A DNA stretch of 64,000 nucleotides from Promethearchaeota archaeon Loki_b32 (GTDB taxonomy: Archaea; Asgardarchaeota; Lokiarchaeia; Sigyniarchaeales; SOKP01), in the NCBI GenBank assembly GCA_005223125.1, contig NJBH01000009.1, positions 32,001 to 96,000 of the forward strand, written 5' to 3'. Below are positions 8,586 through 19,502 of this stretch, piece after piece; the first letter of the stretch is position 1, and each line of letters opens with the position of its first letter. The position numbers were made by a program, and so were the translations under genes. Under the pieces are notes generated by a model. It was not told the DNA's origin, did no database searches, and saw nothing but the letters and a program-made list of their open reading frames with translations.

Positions 8586-10697
8586 TTAATCATATTTGCT
8601 TTTAAAATCCTTCAACTTGTTCATTACTTCATCATATAATGAACCGACAATAATTTTTTCTCCAAGAGCTTTTAGTTCCTTTGCATACGCTAGAATTTGA
8701 TGAAGAACTGGTCCAGGTGGAAATTCATCTCTTTTTCTTTCTAATAAATTTCCAAAAACTTCACTAGTTGGGGCGCGATCAACAGTTTTGTATAGTTCGA
8801 TAAATAGATCATGGATTTTTCCCGCTTGAGAGCTCGCAACATGAGCTTTTGGGGTTTCTGTGCCTGCTGGAGGTGCATCTGAAGAGGTTGAGGTTTCTCC
8901 TCCACCTCTACCTAAAACAATAATAACAGGTTCTGATCGAGGATAATGACCCGAACCAGAGCAAATATAGTTAATACTCACAGAAGCACCACCTTTTATC
9001 TCAGTGACTCTTACATGTAATTCTGATAGATCACCTACTTGCACTACTTCATGAGTTGCTCCCTCTGGAGGTTTAAATTCAGTTAAACTAAAACTCGAAG
9101 GAATAATATCCTTAACTAATACATTTTCTAATTCGACGTCTCCTTTGTTTTGAACTCTAACTCCAATGCTAAATTCACCCTCAGTTAGTCCAGGTTTAAT
9201 ACTTTTAAGGGTTTTTAATTTGCGCTTAACGTATCTTACCTTTAATTCTGGTTCCTCATCAGGAGATCTAACAAATGATTTACCTTCTACAGGACTATTA
9301 ATATCAATTTTCACCGGAGTCATGTACTTTGTTTCAGTAGGGGGTCTTGGATTCCTTGCTAAGAGAGGGTATGAAATTACCATTTGTTTTCCTGGAAGAA
9401 ACTCATTCGAGAGATTGAATAATTCAACGTATATTTGATGTTTTTTAGAAAAATCTTGATCACTTGGATCGATCAGAATTTTTTGGACGAATTCTTCTCT
9501 TGAACTTATATCAATATCAGCTAATAAAATTTTTATTTCTTTTACTAAAGGAGGAATAAAATCAGGAGGAAGCTCATCTGATAAGAAAAATTTATCAATT
9601 AGAGATGAACCATCATTTACGATCGTATTTGTTATTGTCATATTAGTATTTGCATATGCATCTACTTCAGGTGGATCTATAGTTTTTTCAATAGTTGCAC
9701 TTAAAACTTCGTAAACCGTAGATTCTTTTATAATTTCACCGATAACTCTTGGAATCACTACAAACAATGGTGTACATCCAATTTCAGAACTTAGTTCTGG
9801 TACGTCCTTAGCTTCAACTTGAAAATCAAAATCCCATGATTCGTCAGGATTTAAAACTCTATCAGGTGTTTGAGAAACTACTGTCTCAACTCCTGTCGTT
9901 ATTGTTTGTGAAACTTTTACATCTTCAAGCTTTACTTGAAATCCAGATTCATTAATAAATTCAACATTACAATCCCATATACCAGGTTGAGAACCCTCAT
10001 CTCTATCGATTCCACTCATTGAATCGGTAAGTCCTCTAACTTCAGGGTTCATCATTGTTAATTTATAATTATTAATTAAATAATTTACAGTCAAAACTCC
10101 AAGCTCTTGTGAGGTCAACTCTTTCATATTAACTGTGAAGAAAATCTCAAGTTCAGCTTTGTTTTCTGCATCTAAAGATGTTAACTCCCAAGAAAGTATT
10201 TGCTTCCTATCCTCTTCTTTTAAATTTGCTTCCCCATTAGATGGATTTCTCATTTCAATTTCTTGAATAAATGCTGGCATGTCTCTTTTAACTTTTATAT
10301 CTAGGATAGGTAAGTTCAATGGATTTGTTAGAATGAGTTTTAAACTACATTTATTATCTTTTTTATAGAGAAACGCATTATTTACTTTTCCTGAGTCTGA
10401 CTTATCCGTATCAAATATTTCCTCAACTTTTAAAGAGGAATCTTTAAGATCTTTTATTTCATATTCTTTACTAAAATCTTGGGCAGGGTTTAATGTTCCT
10501 ACTGTAAGTTCTTTCGATTCCAATGAAGTATTAACATTTTCTTTAACATCACACATTAAATTCCATAATCTACTTCTTTGTGTTGGATTTTTCACTACAA
10601 GTGTTCCTTTACCAGAGACTTCTTTAAGATTTTGCGAACCATCGAGAATTATGTGTTCACGGTCGGTTACGTCTATAATAACTAAATTTTCAGACAT
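8586..10697 (-). CDS. 703-aa cytoplasmic multi-beta-sandwich (DUF11/BatD-like) protein
   Basis: Repeated N-x-G...L-x-N/D-V-x-V-x-D-x-I/L-P units (e.g. VQNKGDVELENVLVKDIIP, IVNDGSSLIDKFFLSDELP); no signal peptide or TM helix; Pro/Ser linker and helical C-terminus. Confidence 0.55.
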   Translation of the reverse strand: MSENLVIIDVTDREHIILDGSQNLKEVSGKGTLVVKNPTQRSRLWNLMCDVKENVNTSLESKELTVGTLNPAQDFSKEYEIKDLKDSSLKVEEIFDTDKSDSGKVNNAFLYKKDNKCSLKLILTNPLNLPILDIKVKRDMPAFIQEIEMRNPSNGEANLKEEDRKQILSWELTSLDAENKAELEIFFTVNMKELTSQELGVLTVNYLINNYKLTMMNPEVRGLTDSMSGIDRDEGSQPGIWDCNVEFINESGFQVKLEDVKVSQTITTGVETVVSQTPDRVLNPDESWDFDFQVEAKDVPELSSEIGCTPLFVVIPRVIGEIIKESTVYEVLSATIEKTIDPPEVDAYANTNMTITNTIVNDGSSLIDKFFLSDELPPDFIPPLVKEIKILLADIDISSREEFVQKILIDPSDQDFSKKHQIYVELFNLSNEFLPGKQMVISYPLLARNPRPPTETKYMTPVKIDINSPVEGKSFVRSPDEEPELKVRYVKRKLKTLKSIKPGLTEGEFSIGVRVQNKGDVELENVLVKDIIPSSFSLTEFKPPEGATHEVVQVGDLSELHVRVTEIKGGASVSINYICSGSGHYPRSEPVIIVLGRGGGETSTSSDAPPAGTETPKAHVASSQAGKIHDLFIELYKTVDRAPTSEVFGNLLERKRDEFPPGPVLHQILAYAKELKALGEKIIVGSLYDEVMNKLKDFKSKYD

Positions 10698-10893
10698 TCT
10701 ATATTCTTCTCATATTTGTATTATTTAAATTTAGAAATTTCTTATACAAAATTTGTTATCAAAATTATATATAAATAATAAAAAAATAAAGTATAGATTT
10801 TTATATCTTTTCTAAAGAAAAAATAATAATAAATTTTTATATACTAATCATTCTTGTATCAGATGAATTATAACTAAATAACGACAAAATATT

Positions 10894-11697
10894 GTGAATC
10901 GTAATAGGTTTTGGGAAATTATTGAAGGATATAATTATTTAATGAGTTCAGCAATCGGAGGTCCAAATTGCTTAGATGTATGCAATGGTGATTGTTGTTC
11001 CATCAAGATCAATATTCCAAAAATATTAGCTCAAGAATATATTAAAAAAGGATATGCAACTAAAGAAGATTTCATTAGAGGGGATGTCTTCAGTTTCAAA
11101 TTAAGATTTGATGATGAAAAAGGAAAATGTTTTCTATATAACAAAGAAATTAATGGGTGTTTAGTTCATAATTCAGGAATTAAACCACCACAATGTTGGA
11201 TTTATCCTACGAAATTTTCTAATCCAGATAATAAAGAGATAAGTTGTAAAAGGGCTAAAGGTTGGAAGATAATTGATTCTGAAAAGACAAAGGAAGCGGA
11301 AAGATTACTCAAATATTATACTTTTCTTTGTCAACTTGAAGCTAAGAAAGAACTTAAAGACATTAAGAAACGCTTTAATGATAATTCATCCAGAAATCAT
11401 TTAATAGAATTATTAAAATTAACACCTCCAAGTCAACTGGCTGGTTTTAGGGACACTTGGCAGGGGATTACAACTTTATCAGCTCAAGGAGTATCATTAC
11501 AAATGAAAAAATTCTGTAAAAAATTTAATAACAAATGTGGTTTCAATTATTTATCCTGCAAGTCAATTTGTGATAAAGTAATCCAAGGATTGTTAGACTT
11601 TTTACAACAAAATTTATGGAAATTTGTACAAAAAAATGGTCCTGATGGTGAAGGAGCCTACCCATTTTTTAAGTTAGCTGAATTTTTTATTAATTAA
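10894..11697 (+). CDS. YkgJ/CxxCxxCC-family Fe/Zn-chelating protein
   Basis: CLDVCNGDCC, CFLY...GCLVH...KPPQCWIYP. Confidence 0.75.
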   Translation: MNRNRFWEIIEGYNYLMSSAIGGPNCLDVCNGDCCSIKINIPKILAQEYIKKGYATKEDFIRGDVFSFKLRFDDEKGKCFLYNKEINGCLVHNSGIKPPQCWIYPTKFSNPDNKEISCKRAKGWKIIDSEKTKEAERLLKYYTFLCQLEAKKELKDIKKRFNDNSSRNHLIELLKLTPPSQLAGFRDTWQGITTLSAQGVSLQMKKFCKKFNNKCGFNYLSCKSICDKVIQGLLDFLQQNLWKFVQKNGPDGEGAYPFFKLAEFFIN

Positions 11698-11869
11698 GAT
11701 TTCATTAGCGTAAGGATTCTATGAAATCCTTTTTGTGGTTTGTTTTTCTTGTCTCTAAATAAAATAGACATAATCATGTTACAGACGTAATATAATATCT
11801 TAAATAAAATTTGAATATATCCGTATATAATACATTAAAACCACTTTATTATAGAAAATTGGGAGTGTC

Positions 11870-12238
11870 ATGTCATTAGGAAATAAAAATTTAGTTGATT
11901 TAGCTAAAAACGTTTTTTCTGAGAAATATGAGTTTATTGAAGGCCCTGTGAAAAATAAAGGAGTGTCTGGTAAGTCTTGGACTTTTGATGCCATTGTAAA
12001 AAATAACCTTAGTACATACGGAATATTCATTCGTGACTGGAAAAGAGAAATATCAATCACTCAATTACGACAATTACATAAAGCGTGTATTGATACAAAT
12101 ATTGAAGGGGGAATTATGATTTGTAATGTTATTACTGATTTTTCTCGGGATTATAGCTCCCAATTTGGAATCCAACTTCTCTCAAGGGGACATCTTATTT
12201 CCACATTAAGAAGAAGAAGATTTCAAAACGATTTTTAA
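11870..12238 (+). CDS. Small restriction-endonuclease-fold (Mrr_cat-like) protein
   Basis: KGVSGKSWTFDAIV...IRDWKREI...GGIMI...A/S-FGIQL pattern. Confidence 0.55.
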   Translation: MSLGNKNLVDLAKNVFSEKYEFIEGPVKNKGVSGKSWTFDAIVKNNLSTYGIFIRDWKREISITQLRQLHKACIDTNIEGGIMICNVITDFSRDYSSQFGIQLLSRGHLISTLRRRRFQNDF

Positions 12239-12449
12239 AATTCTTATTACCTAAACACTTTATCTAAGCAAAATCCTTATTCAACATGCTCTTTTTGTAT
12301 CTGAGATTTGAGATTCTGTCGAAATAGATAATTAAAATTCTAATATCTATTTATGAATTTCATAAAAAGTTGATATAAAATGTTTAAAATTTATAAATCA
12401 ATAAGATAAAGATAATATAAGATAAGGAAGAAATTCAAGTGATTTAATT

Positions 12450-12743
12450 TTGATATTTATTTATCAATTTAAAGAAGAATTAGAAGATTTTGAAGAAATC
12501 GAAGTGGTGGAAAATGTTCCTTTATTTGAATTGTTAGATTCAGATAAAATTCTACTTTTTGTTGACATGCATGAGAGTAAAGTATGGATTTGGGAAGGAA
12601 AAAATACAAATACTCGAATGAAATTTATTGCAGCACAAGCCGCACTTCATATTCGAGATAAACATGACATTTCCTTTACAATTACATCTGTAGATGATAA
12701 AGATGAAACTAATGCTTTTAAATTATTTGTAGGTTTAGTATAA
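12450..12743 (+). CDS. Single-domain gelsolin-like protein (Asgard eukaryotic signature protein)
   Basis: LDSDKILLFVD...VWIWEGKNT...KFIAAQAA..IRD...ITSVDDKDETNAF matches the gelsolin-repeat pattern. Confidence 0.75.
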   Translation: MIFIYQFKEELEDFEEIEVVENVPLFELLDSDKILLFVDMHESKVWIWEGKNTNTRMKFIAAQAALHIRDKHDISFTITSVDDKDETNAFKLFVGLV

Positions 12744-12884
12744 AGATAATTATCTAATTTGTAGAACAAAATATATCTATCATTTTAGTTCTTAAAATTT
12801 ATTAAATTCTCTCACATGAATTATTTTTTAGTAATTTCTTATTATTTCATATATTAAAATGAGAAATAAAAAAAAAGCAAAACT

Positions 12885-15020
12885 TTGAGCAATAAGAAAA
12901 AGAATAAAGAAGAGGAATATGTATTTGAGTTCTATGACAACGATTTTGCTGAATCTCTAGAAGTTGTCCCGTCAAAATTCAAAGAACAATATAAAGAAAT
13001 CAATTTTGAGGATGATTTAAACGAAGAACAGCTTAAAATCATTAATAATATAGAGGGTCCAATGTTAGTGATAGCTGGTGCAGGAAGTGGAAAAACAAGA
13101 ACGATTGTATATTCTGTTGCAAAATTACTATTATCTGGTAAAAAACCTAGTGAAATAATGTTAGTTACATTTACAAATAAAGCAGCTAATGAAATGATTA
13201 AGCGAGTAGAAATTCTTTTAGGGAAGCGTCCCAAAGGAATATGGGCGGGAACATTCCATTCTATAGCAAATCGTTTTATCCGAAAATATGCAAAAATGTT
13301 AGGACTGAAAACAAATTATATTATAATGGATGAAACTGATGCTAAGACACTCATGAAACTCTCAATAGAAAAAGCTAATATGAAAGAAATCGAAGAGCGT
13401 TTTCCTAATTCTAAGATGGCTAAATCTATTTTATCCTATTCTTTTAATTGTAATAAATCGATTCGAGATGTAATATTATGGAAGTATAATCAATTTGATA
13501 ATGAAAATATTATTCAAAAATTAGAAGAAGTATTCAAGATTTACAAAGCTAAGAAAGCAAAAGATAATTTAGTAGATTTCGATGATTTATTGATATATTG
13601 GAATCAATTATTAGATGAGAGAGCTGTTGCTCAATTAATTGCCAAGAATATAAAATATGTTCTTGTAGATGAATATCAAGATACAAATTATGTTCAGGAT
13701 GAAATAATATATAAAATTGTTAAACAGAATCCAGAACATAATATTATGGCGGTAGGAGATGACGCGCAAAGTATTTACGCATTTAGAGGTGCTAATTTTC
13801 AAAACATATTGAATTTCGAGAAAAAGAATAAAGATTGTAAGAGATATACGATAACCTATAATTATAGAAGTGTTCCTGAGATATTAAATTTGGCAAATGA
13901 CTCAATAAAGCATAATGAAAATCAATTTAAGAAATCTATGCGCTCAACTCGCCCTGAAGGAGTATTACCATTTCATGTGAATTTAGGTGATGATACAGAT
14001 CAAGCAAGATTTATTGCAAATCAAATTTTAAAATTACGCTCAGATGGATATGAGTTAAACGAAATTGCTATACTTGTTAGAGCTGCATCTCATTCCCTCA
14101 GAATAGAACTAGAGTTGAGAGCGAAAAATATACCGTATGAAGTTCGAGCGGGTGTTGGTTTTTTCGAAAGAGCTCATATTAAAGATATATTAGCTCATTT
14201 AAGAATAATTGAGAATGCATATGACGAAGTTTCATGGGCGAGAATTTTTTCAATAATTCAGGGGATAGGAACTACATCTGGTTCTAAAATTTTCGAAGCA
14301 ATTTCGAACATTGAACATCCAATCGATGCTTTAATCAATAAGATGTTCTATGCAGAAAAATTAAAAGGGTCACGTATATCTAAAGAAGGTATAAGAAATT
14401 TAATCTCATATATAAAAAACTTAATCGATTTTTCCCCTGAGGATAATCCCTCAGAAGTCATTAAAAATTTAGTCAAAGTTCTTGAAGAACATCTAAAATC
14501 TAAATATGATAATTGGCAAGAAAGGATAGAAGATCTAAATCAATTAAGTTTATATGCACAAAATTTTCCAACCATTCGGAAATTTTTAGAAAATTTAAGT
14601 TTAAATTTATCTAACCTAGAATCAAAAACTGTTCATTCCAGTGAGCAAGCAGAGGAAGAAAACCCTTTAGTCTTATCTACAGTACATAGAGCAAAAGGAC
14701 TTGAATGGCGAGTTATATTTATCCCTATGCTATGCGAGGACTCATTTCCTTCTGGTAGAAGTATAGGCGATCCAGATGCGTTTGAAGAAGAACGCAGAGT
14801 ATTTTATGTTGCAATAACAAGAGCAAAAGATCAATTGTATCTTATTACTCCTTCGATTAAACCTGCCTACCGAGGTCCTCAAATTGTACGGGCATCTCAA
14901 TTTGTTTCCGAATTAAATCCTAAGGTTTATAAAAAATCTTCAGTTCAATTTAAATCACAGAATAAAAAAGAGAAAATGGATAAAAAAGATTTATTTAAAT
15001 CAGCAATAGATCTTTTATAG
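12885..15020 (+). CDS. uvrD: UvrD/PcrA-family SF1 DNA helicase
   Basis: AGAGSGKT, TFTNKAA, VDEYQDTN, VGDDAQSIYAFRGA, NYRS, STVHRAKGLEW and EERRVFYVAITRAK motifs. Confidence 0.95.
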   Translation: MSNKKKNKEEEYVFEFYDNDFAESLEVVPSKFKEQYKEINFEDDLNEEQLKIINNIEGPMLVIAGAGSGKTRTIVYSVAKLLLSGKKPSEIMLVTFTNKAANEMIKRVEILLGKRPKGIWAGTFHSIANRFIRKYAKMLGLKTNYIIMDETDAKTLMKLSIEKANMKEIEERFPNSKMAKSILSYSFNCNKSIRDVILWKYNQFDNENIIQKLEEVFKIYKAKKAKDNLVDFDDLLIYWNQLLDERAVAQLIAKNIKYVLVDEYQDTNYVQDEIIYKIVKQNPEHNIMAVGDDAQSIYAFRGANFQNILNFEKKNKDCKRYTITYNYRSVPEILNLANDSIKHNENQFKKSMRSTRPEGVLPFHVNLGDDTDQARFIANQILKLRSDGYELNEIAILVRAASHSLRIELELRAKNIPYEVRAGVGFFERAHIKDILAHLRIIENAYDEVSWARIFSIIQGIGTTSGSKIFEAISNIEHPIDALINKMFYAEKLKGSRISKEGIRNLISYIKNLIDFSPEDNPSEVIKNLVKVLEEHLKSKYDNWQERIEDLNQLSLYAQNFPTIRKFLENLSLNLSNLESKTVHSSEQAEEENPLVLSTVHRAKGLEWRVIFIPMLCEDSFPSGRSIGDPDAFEEERRVFYVAITRAKDQLYLITPSIKPAYRGPQIVRASQFVSELNPKVYKKSSVQFKSQNKKEKMDKKDLFKSAIDLL

Positions 15021-15176
15021 ACTACTAAACTCATTAAGTCTCTTCACTTTATATATTAAGACAAATATTACATTCAAAAGACTATAACGCAAATTTAAGT
15101 TTAGATTAACATAATTTTTTATTTATTTAAATTGAATAATATTAATAATTAGTAAGAGATAGGATTAAAGATAAAA

Positions 15177-16919
15177 ATGATAATTAAAATAAATTCTCTT
15201 GAAAGTATAATTGAAATTTTTTACGAAAAATATATTCATCTTCATGGATTTATTAAACTCGAAGCTGAAAGTGTTGATAAAAATTATTTTATCATAATTC
15301 AAATATTAAATGAACAAACTATTTTAGATTATGTCTTAACAAGGCAAAAATTAAAAAATGTAAGAATTACTGAGTACATTACAGCAGAATTAGAATCCGA
15401 ATTACAATACGTAATCCAAGGACGTCCAATCATCTGTACAGAAATTGACAAGAAAACTAGGCAAAAAACCGATCATATAGTAAATGTATTTTTCATTATT
15501 GAAGATTTAATGGAAAAAGAAATTTTAAAACCTCATTCGATGAAAATATCGAAAGATCAAGATGATAAATCAGAGTTCTTAAAAATAATCTTCAATCCTG
15601 AAGGTATTTTTATGGGAAATCTGGCTTCAGAAGCAAGAGTTAACGTTTTTTTTCCTTTTAAATATCTAATGTACCATTTTTTTATTGCTGGAGCAACAGG
15701 AATGGGAAAATCAAATTTAAATCAAGTTTTTATTGATGGTTTGCTTCAACACAATGCCAACGTTATTTTGAATGGAAAGGGAACAAAGATCTCTATGTTA
15801 GCAATAGATATGCATGATGAATATGCTCTTGGATGCATTGATTATGGTATCAATGATATATGTAAAGCAGCCCAATATAACAAGAATCTATTTGGGAAGT
15901 GGTTCTATCTTTACCCAAATAAGGGAATACCTCCTAGTGAAGTTAAAAGCATGGCAGAACCATGTGTGATTAATTATCAAGAAATAAAACCGGAAGATCT
16001 TTTTGCTACAGGAAGTTTTAATGACTTACAAGTTGGAGCTATTTTTTCAGCTTATAGAAATGATCCAGATAACTATATAGATAATCTATTAACTGATGGT
16101 TATAAACCCCCAGGAGGCCATGATGATAAAACAATGGCAGCAATTAGAAGAAGAATGCATTGGTTGGAATATTCAGACATGTTTCAATCCAATGTAATTA
16201 GCAAATTGCCCAAAATAGTAAAGAAGTTAGAAAAGGGAGGAGTAATTATCTTTAACTGTTCAATGATTTCTGATTTGGAACAATTCTTGTTCAATGGTGT
16301 TTTAGCAAGGACCTTATTTGATATCAGAAAAGCTCTTAAATCTTCAACTGATTTACCTACATTAGAGAAAAAACTAGAGCATACTTTACCAAAAAATTTC
16401 CATGATAATTATAAAGCCAATATTCAGAAGAATTATGTGAAAACAGGTACATCAATAAAGGATCCTACTGAAATGCCAATAATTATTTTCACAATTGAAG
16501 AAGCTCCAAGCATTTTAAGGCCAGAGATGATGAAACATAGTAATGTATTCAAAGATATATCACGCCAAGGAAGGAAGTTTAATTTGGGGTTAGAGGTAAT
16601 TTCACAACAATATTCTCCAATTGATGATACTATTTTATCAAATATGAATACTGTGATAAATTTACCTCTAAGATCTGATACAGAAAAAACTGTAGCAGCT
16701 AAAACCTTGGGGGGAGGTATCCAACATAGTGATCTTGAATCCTTGACTGGAACCAGAGGAATTGCCTTAATTTCAGGGATTTGGCTCACTAATTTTCAGA
16801 AGTTAAGAATCCCCCTATATGATGATTATTTTAGGAATATTTCAAAAAAATTTTATGAAGATTTCGCAAAAAAGATGGCTTCCCAAGGTAATAATCCACC
16901 TCCAACGGGACTCCCTTAA
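15177..16919 (+). CDS. herA: HerA-family ATPase
   Basis: HFFIAGATGMGKSN, DMHDEY, IEEAP and RQGRKFNLGL..ISQ motifs; lies upstream of nurA, mre11 and rad50. Confidence 0.88.
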   Translation: MIIKINSLESIIEIFYEKYIHLHGFIKLEAESVDKNYFIIIQILNEQTILDYVLTRQKLKNVRITEYITAELESELQYVIQGRPIICTEIDKKTRQKTDHIVNVFFIIEDLMEKEILKPHSMKISKDQDDKSEFLKIIFNPEGIFMGNLASEARVNVFFPFKYLMYHFFIAGATGMGKSNLNQVFIDGLLQHNANVILNGKGTKISMLAIDMHDEYALGCIDYGINDICKAAQYNKNLFGKWFYLYPNKGIPPSEVKSMAEPCVINYQEIKPEDLFATGSFNDLQVGAIFSAYRNDPDNYIDNLLTDGYKPPGGHDDKTMAAIRRRMHWLEYSDMFQSNVISKLPKIVKKLEKGGVIIFNCSMISDLEQFLFNGVLARTLFDIRKALKSSTDLPTLEKKLEHTLPKNFHDNYKANIQKNYVKTGTSIKDPTEMPIIIFTIEEAPSILRPEMMKHSNVFKDISRQGRKFNLGLEVISQQYSPIDDTILSNMNTVINLPLRSDTEKTVAAKTLGGGIQHSDLESLTGTRGIALISGIWLTNFQKLRIPLYDDYFRNISKKFYEDFAKKMASQGNNPPPTGLP

Positions 16920-16952
16920 GAAATATTTAAAATTTATTAAAGGTGAATAATA

Positions 16953-18152
16953 ATTTCTTTCGATTTTGAATTAATTTCACTGGAAAAATCTTTTGAGGAA
17001 AGACCTAACAGATCAATAGATGAGGAAGTTAAAAAATTCAAAGAATATATTCAAGAAAGAAGAGTTAAATGGACTGAAGAAGAAAAGATTGAATTAGAGA
17101 CCGATAAGTTTGATAACGACGAAAGTCTTAAAAATACTAATTCTATTTTTGTTGAAATGCCTCATCACATAATTAAGGGTGAATTAACTGAATACATAGA
17201 TGATGGTTATAAAATTATTGGTTTTGATGAGAGCTCGAATACACTCAGCGGTACATATGCCAAATTGGCATCGTTTAAATTTGGAGAATGCCAAGTAATG
17301 TTTAAGAATAGTGAGTATTATATAGAAAAAATCATGTATAAACCAATAAATACATACATTGAAGATAATGAACATAAACTTATCATTTACCAAACTGTTA
17401 TTGAAAATTTCATAAAAACTATAAAGAGAGACTTCTATGTAGGAGCCTTAAAGGCTAAAATAGATAAATTAATTAATTGGTATAACTCAACCTACAGACA
17501 AAAAATTGAAAAGCATATAAATGCACATGATTTCTATTATCCAACTTTAGCACATGTTATAGATAGAATAAGAACTGCCGATGAAATTCTAAAGACTCTA
17601 ATTAGAATCAAAGATGAGAGTAATTGGGGTAAAAAAGAAAATATTGTGTTTCTTGGTGATGGAATACAAATGTTTCGTCAACATATCTTTCCACCAAGTG
17701 CTTTTACTGAATTCTTCTATAAATTTATTGAAACGTATAATATAAAATATTATTCTTTCTCAAAAACATGTCGTTTACGCGATGCTCAAGGTAATTTTAT
17801 ATTACCGATTTGGGCAGAAATTTTAGATAAACGGAATTTCTTAATAGAATTACCAGATCTCTCAGTTTATACCAAGAGTAAAGCGTTTATTACAAGAATA
17901 CAAGAAGAAAGTTCTGCTCTTAGATTTGATATTTGTGATTATTTAGATACGAAAGATGCCATAAACACCCTTAAAAATCTAATCCCATATACTCCACGGG
18001 GATATCCATTAAGTTTAAATGGAGCACATGAAGCAAGTACTCTACTTGTTTCAGAATATAATAAATTTGAAGCTGCATTTTTAGAACTCCAATACAACAA
18101 AAAAACAAAAAAATATACACAAGAATGGAGGAAAAAAGTTTTAGGAGAATAA
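16953..18152 (+). CDS. nurA: NurA-family 5'-3' nuclease (divergent)
   Basis: IIGFDESS, VFLGDG, FSKT and GYPLSLNGAHEAS motifs. The frame is open from 16947; ATT at 16953 lies 6 nt after AGGTGA (track start 17157 is internal). Confidence 0.78.
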   Translation: MSFDFELISLEKSFEERPNRSIDEEVKKFKEYIQERRVKWTEEEKIELETDKFDNDESLKNTNSIFVEMPHHIIKGELTEYIDDGYKIIGFDESSNTLSGTYAKLASFKFGECQVMFKNSEYYIEKIMYKPINTYIEDNEHKLIIYQTVIENFIKTIKRDFYVGALKAKIDKLINWYNSTYRQKIEKHINAHDFYYPTLAHVIDRIRTADEILKTLIRIKDESNWGKKENIVFLGDGIQMFRQHIFPPSAFTEFFYKFIETYNIKYYSFSKTCRLRDAQGNFILPIWAEILDKRNFLIELPDLSVYTKSKAFITRIQEESSALRFDICDYLDTKDAINTLKNLIPYTPRGYPLSLNGAHEASTLLVSEYNKFEAAFLELQYNKKTKKYTQEWRKKVLGE

Positions 18153-18194
18153 TTTGTATTACAGATAATAAATTGATAAATGGAGGGTATTTAA

Positions 18195-19502
18195 ATGGTT
18201 AAATTTGTTCATATGTCCGACACTCATCTGGGATATAGAGCCAGAAGAGGAACAACAAACAAGTGGGCAATTGAGAATTATTCAAAACCTTATGAACAGG
18301 AAATCTATGATTGTTTTTTAAAAGTTATGATTGATGTTTCTAAAATTAAAGATCTTGATTATTTAGTTCATTGTGGAGATATATTTCACCATCCTTCTAA
18401 ATATGGTTCATATCCCCCTCCTGAACCTGCAAGAAGAATACTAAAACAAGGTTTGCAAATCTTTTTTGAAAATACAAGTAATCAAGTTCCCTTTATTTAT
18501 ATAGAAGGAAATCATGGAATTTTTAGGGGATATGAATACACTCCATTTGAATCTCATATTAATAAAGATCAATACCCAAATTTATATTATTTTAAAGAAA
18601 GAGATCTTATAGAAGCAATCAAATCAGATAAACCTCTAAATTTAGAATTTCCTGATAAAAAAGTAAGGTTTTATTTGTTTCCCTTTTTCGAATTTAAAAG
18701 TTTTGAGACTTATACATCTGCTTATAATAATTGGATAAAAAATCAACAACCAAAAGATAATGAATATATAAATATTGCTGTAGCTCATGGTTCTGCAGGT
18801 GATGAAACTCTACACAGTAAGGTTAATTCCGATGATTTTAACTATGATTATGTTGCTTTAGGGCATGAACATGGTTTTAAAAAAGTATCACGAAATCACT
18901 ACTATTCTGGAGGCTTATTACCACTGAATTTTAAAGAAAGACATGAAAATCAAGCTTACCTAATTGTAAATATTGATGATAAAACTAGAGAATTAACTAG
19001 AAAAACTAAATTCACTGATAAAGAAATAAAGAGAGTTTTTGAAATTATTAAAATCGATGTTTCTCCACAAGATTCTTCAGAAGATTTGATAAAAAAAATC
19101 AAAAATGAGTTAAATAAGTATGTCTTAAATGGGGGTTTCAATCATAATACTTCAGCGAGATTAAAATTTAATTTTGAAGGTGAAATTGCATTCGAAAAAA
19201 ATTGGCAAATAAATGATTTGATGTTAAAAATTAGAAGGAGCTGTTTCTCTCAACCCGATAAATATAATATGTTACAGTTGATTTGGAAAATTTCTGATAT
19301 ATCTGAGACTCGTGAGGATGATATAAGTGCTGGAGTAATCCAAGATTATATCCTTGAAAAACCAGATGATGAGTTTAAAACGTTTGTAAATGAAAAATTA
19401 AGTGAAGATAAAACGGAATATAATGTGGATAAATTAACTGAATTTGGAATGAAAGCAATTAAAAAGGCACTAAGAATAATGGAGAAAGAGAAAGAGGTGT
19501 AA
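18195..19502 (+). CDS. mre11: Mre11/SbcD nuclease
   Basis: HMSDTHLG, GDIFH, GNH, AHG and ALGHEH metallophosphoesterase motifs. Confidence 0.93.
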   Translation: MVKFVHMSDTHLGYRARRGTTNKWAIENYSKPYEQEIYDCFLKVMIDVSKIKDLDYLVHCGDIFHHPSKYGSYPPPEPARRILKQGLQIFFENTSNQVPFIYIEGNHGIFRGYEYTPFESHINKDQYPNLYYFKERDLIEAIKSDKPLNLEFPDKKVRFYLFPFFEFKSFETYTSAYNNWIKNQQPKDNEYINIAVAHGSAGDETLHSKVNSDDFNYDYVALGHEHGFKKVSRNHYYSGGLLPLNFKERHENQAYLIVNIDDKTRELTRKTKFTDKEIKRVFEIIKIDVSPQDSSEDLIKKIKNELNKYVLNGGFNHNTSARLKFNFEGEIAFEKNWQINDLMLKIRRSCFSQPDKYNMLQLIWKISDISETREDDISAGVIQDYILEKPDDEFKTFVNEKLSEDKTEYNVDKLTEFGMKAIKKALRIMEKEKEV

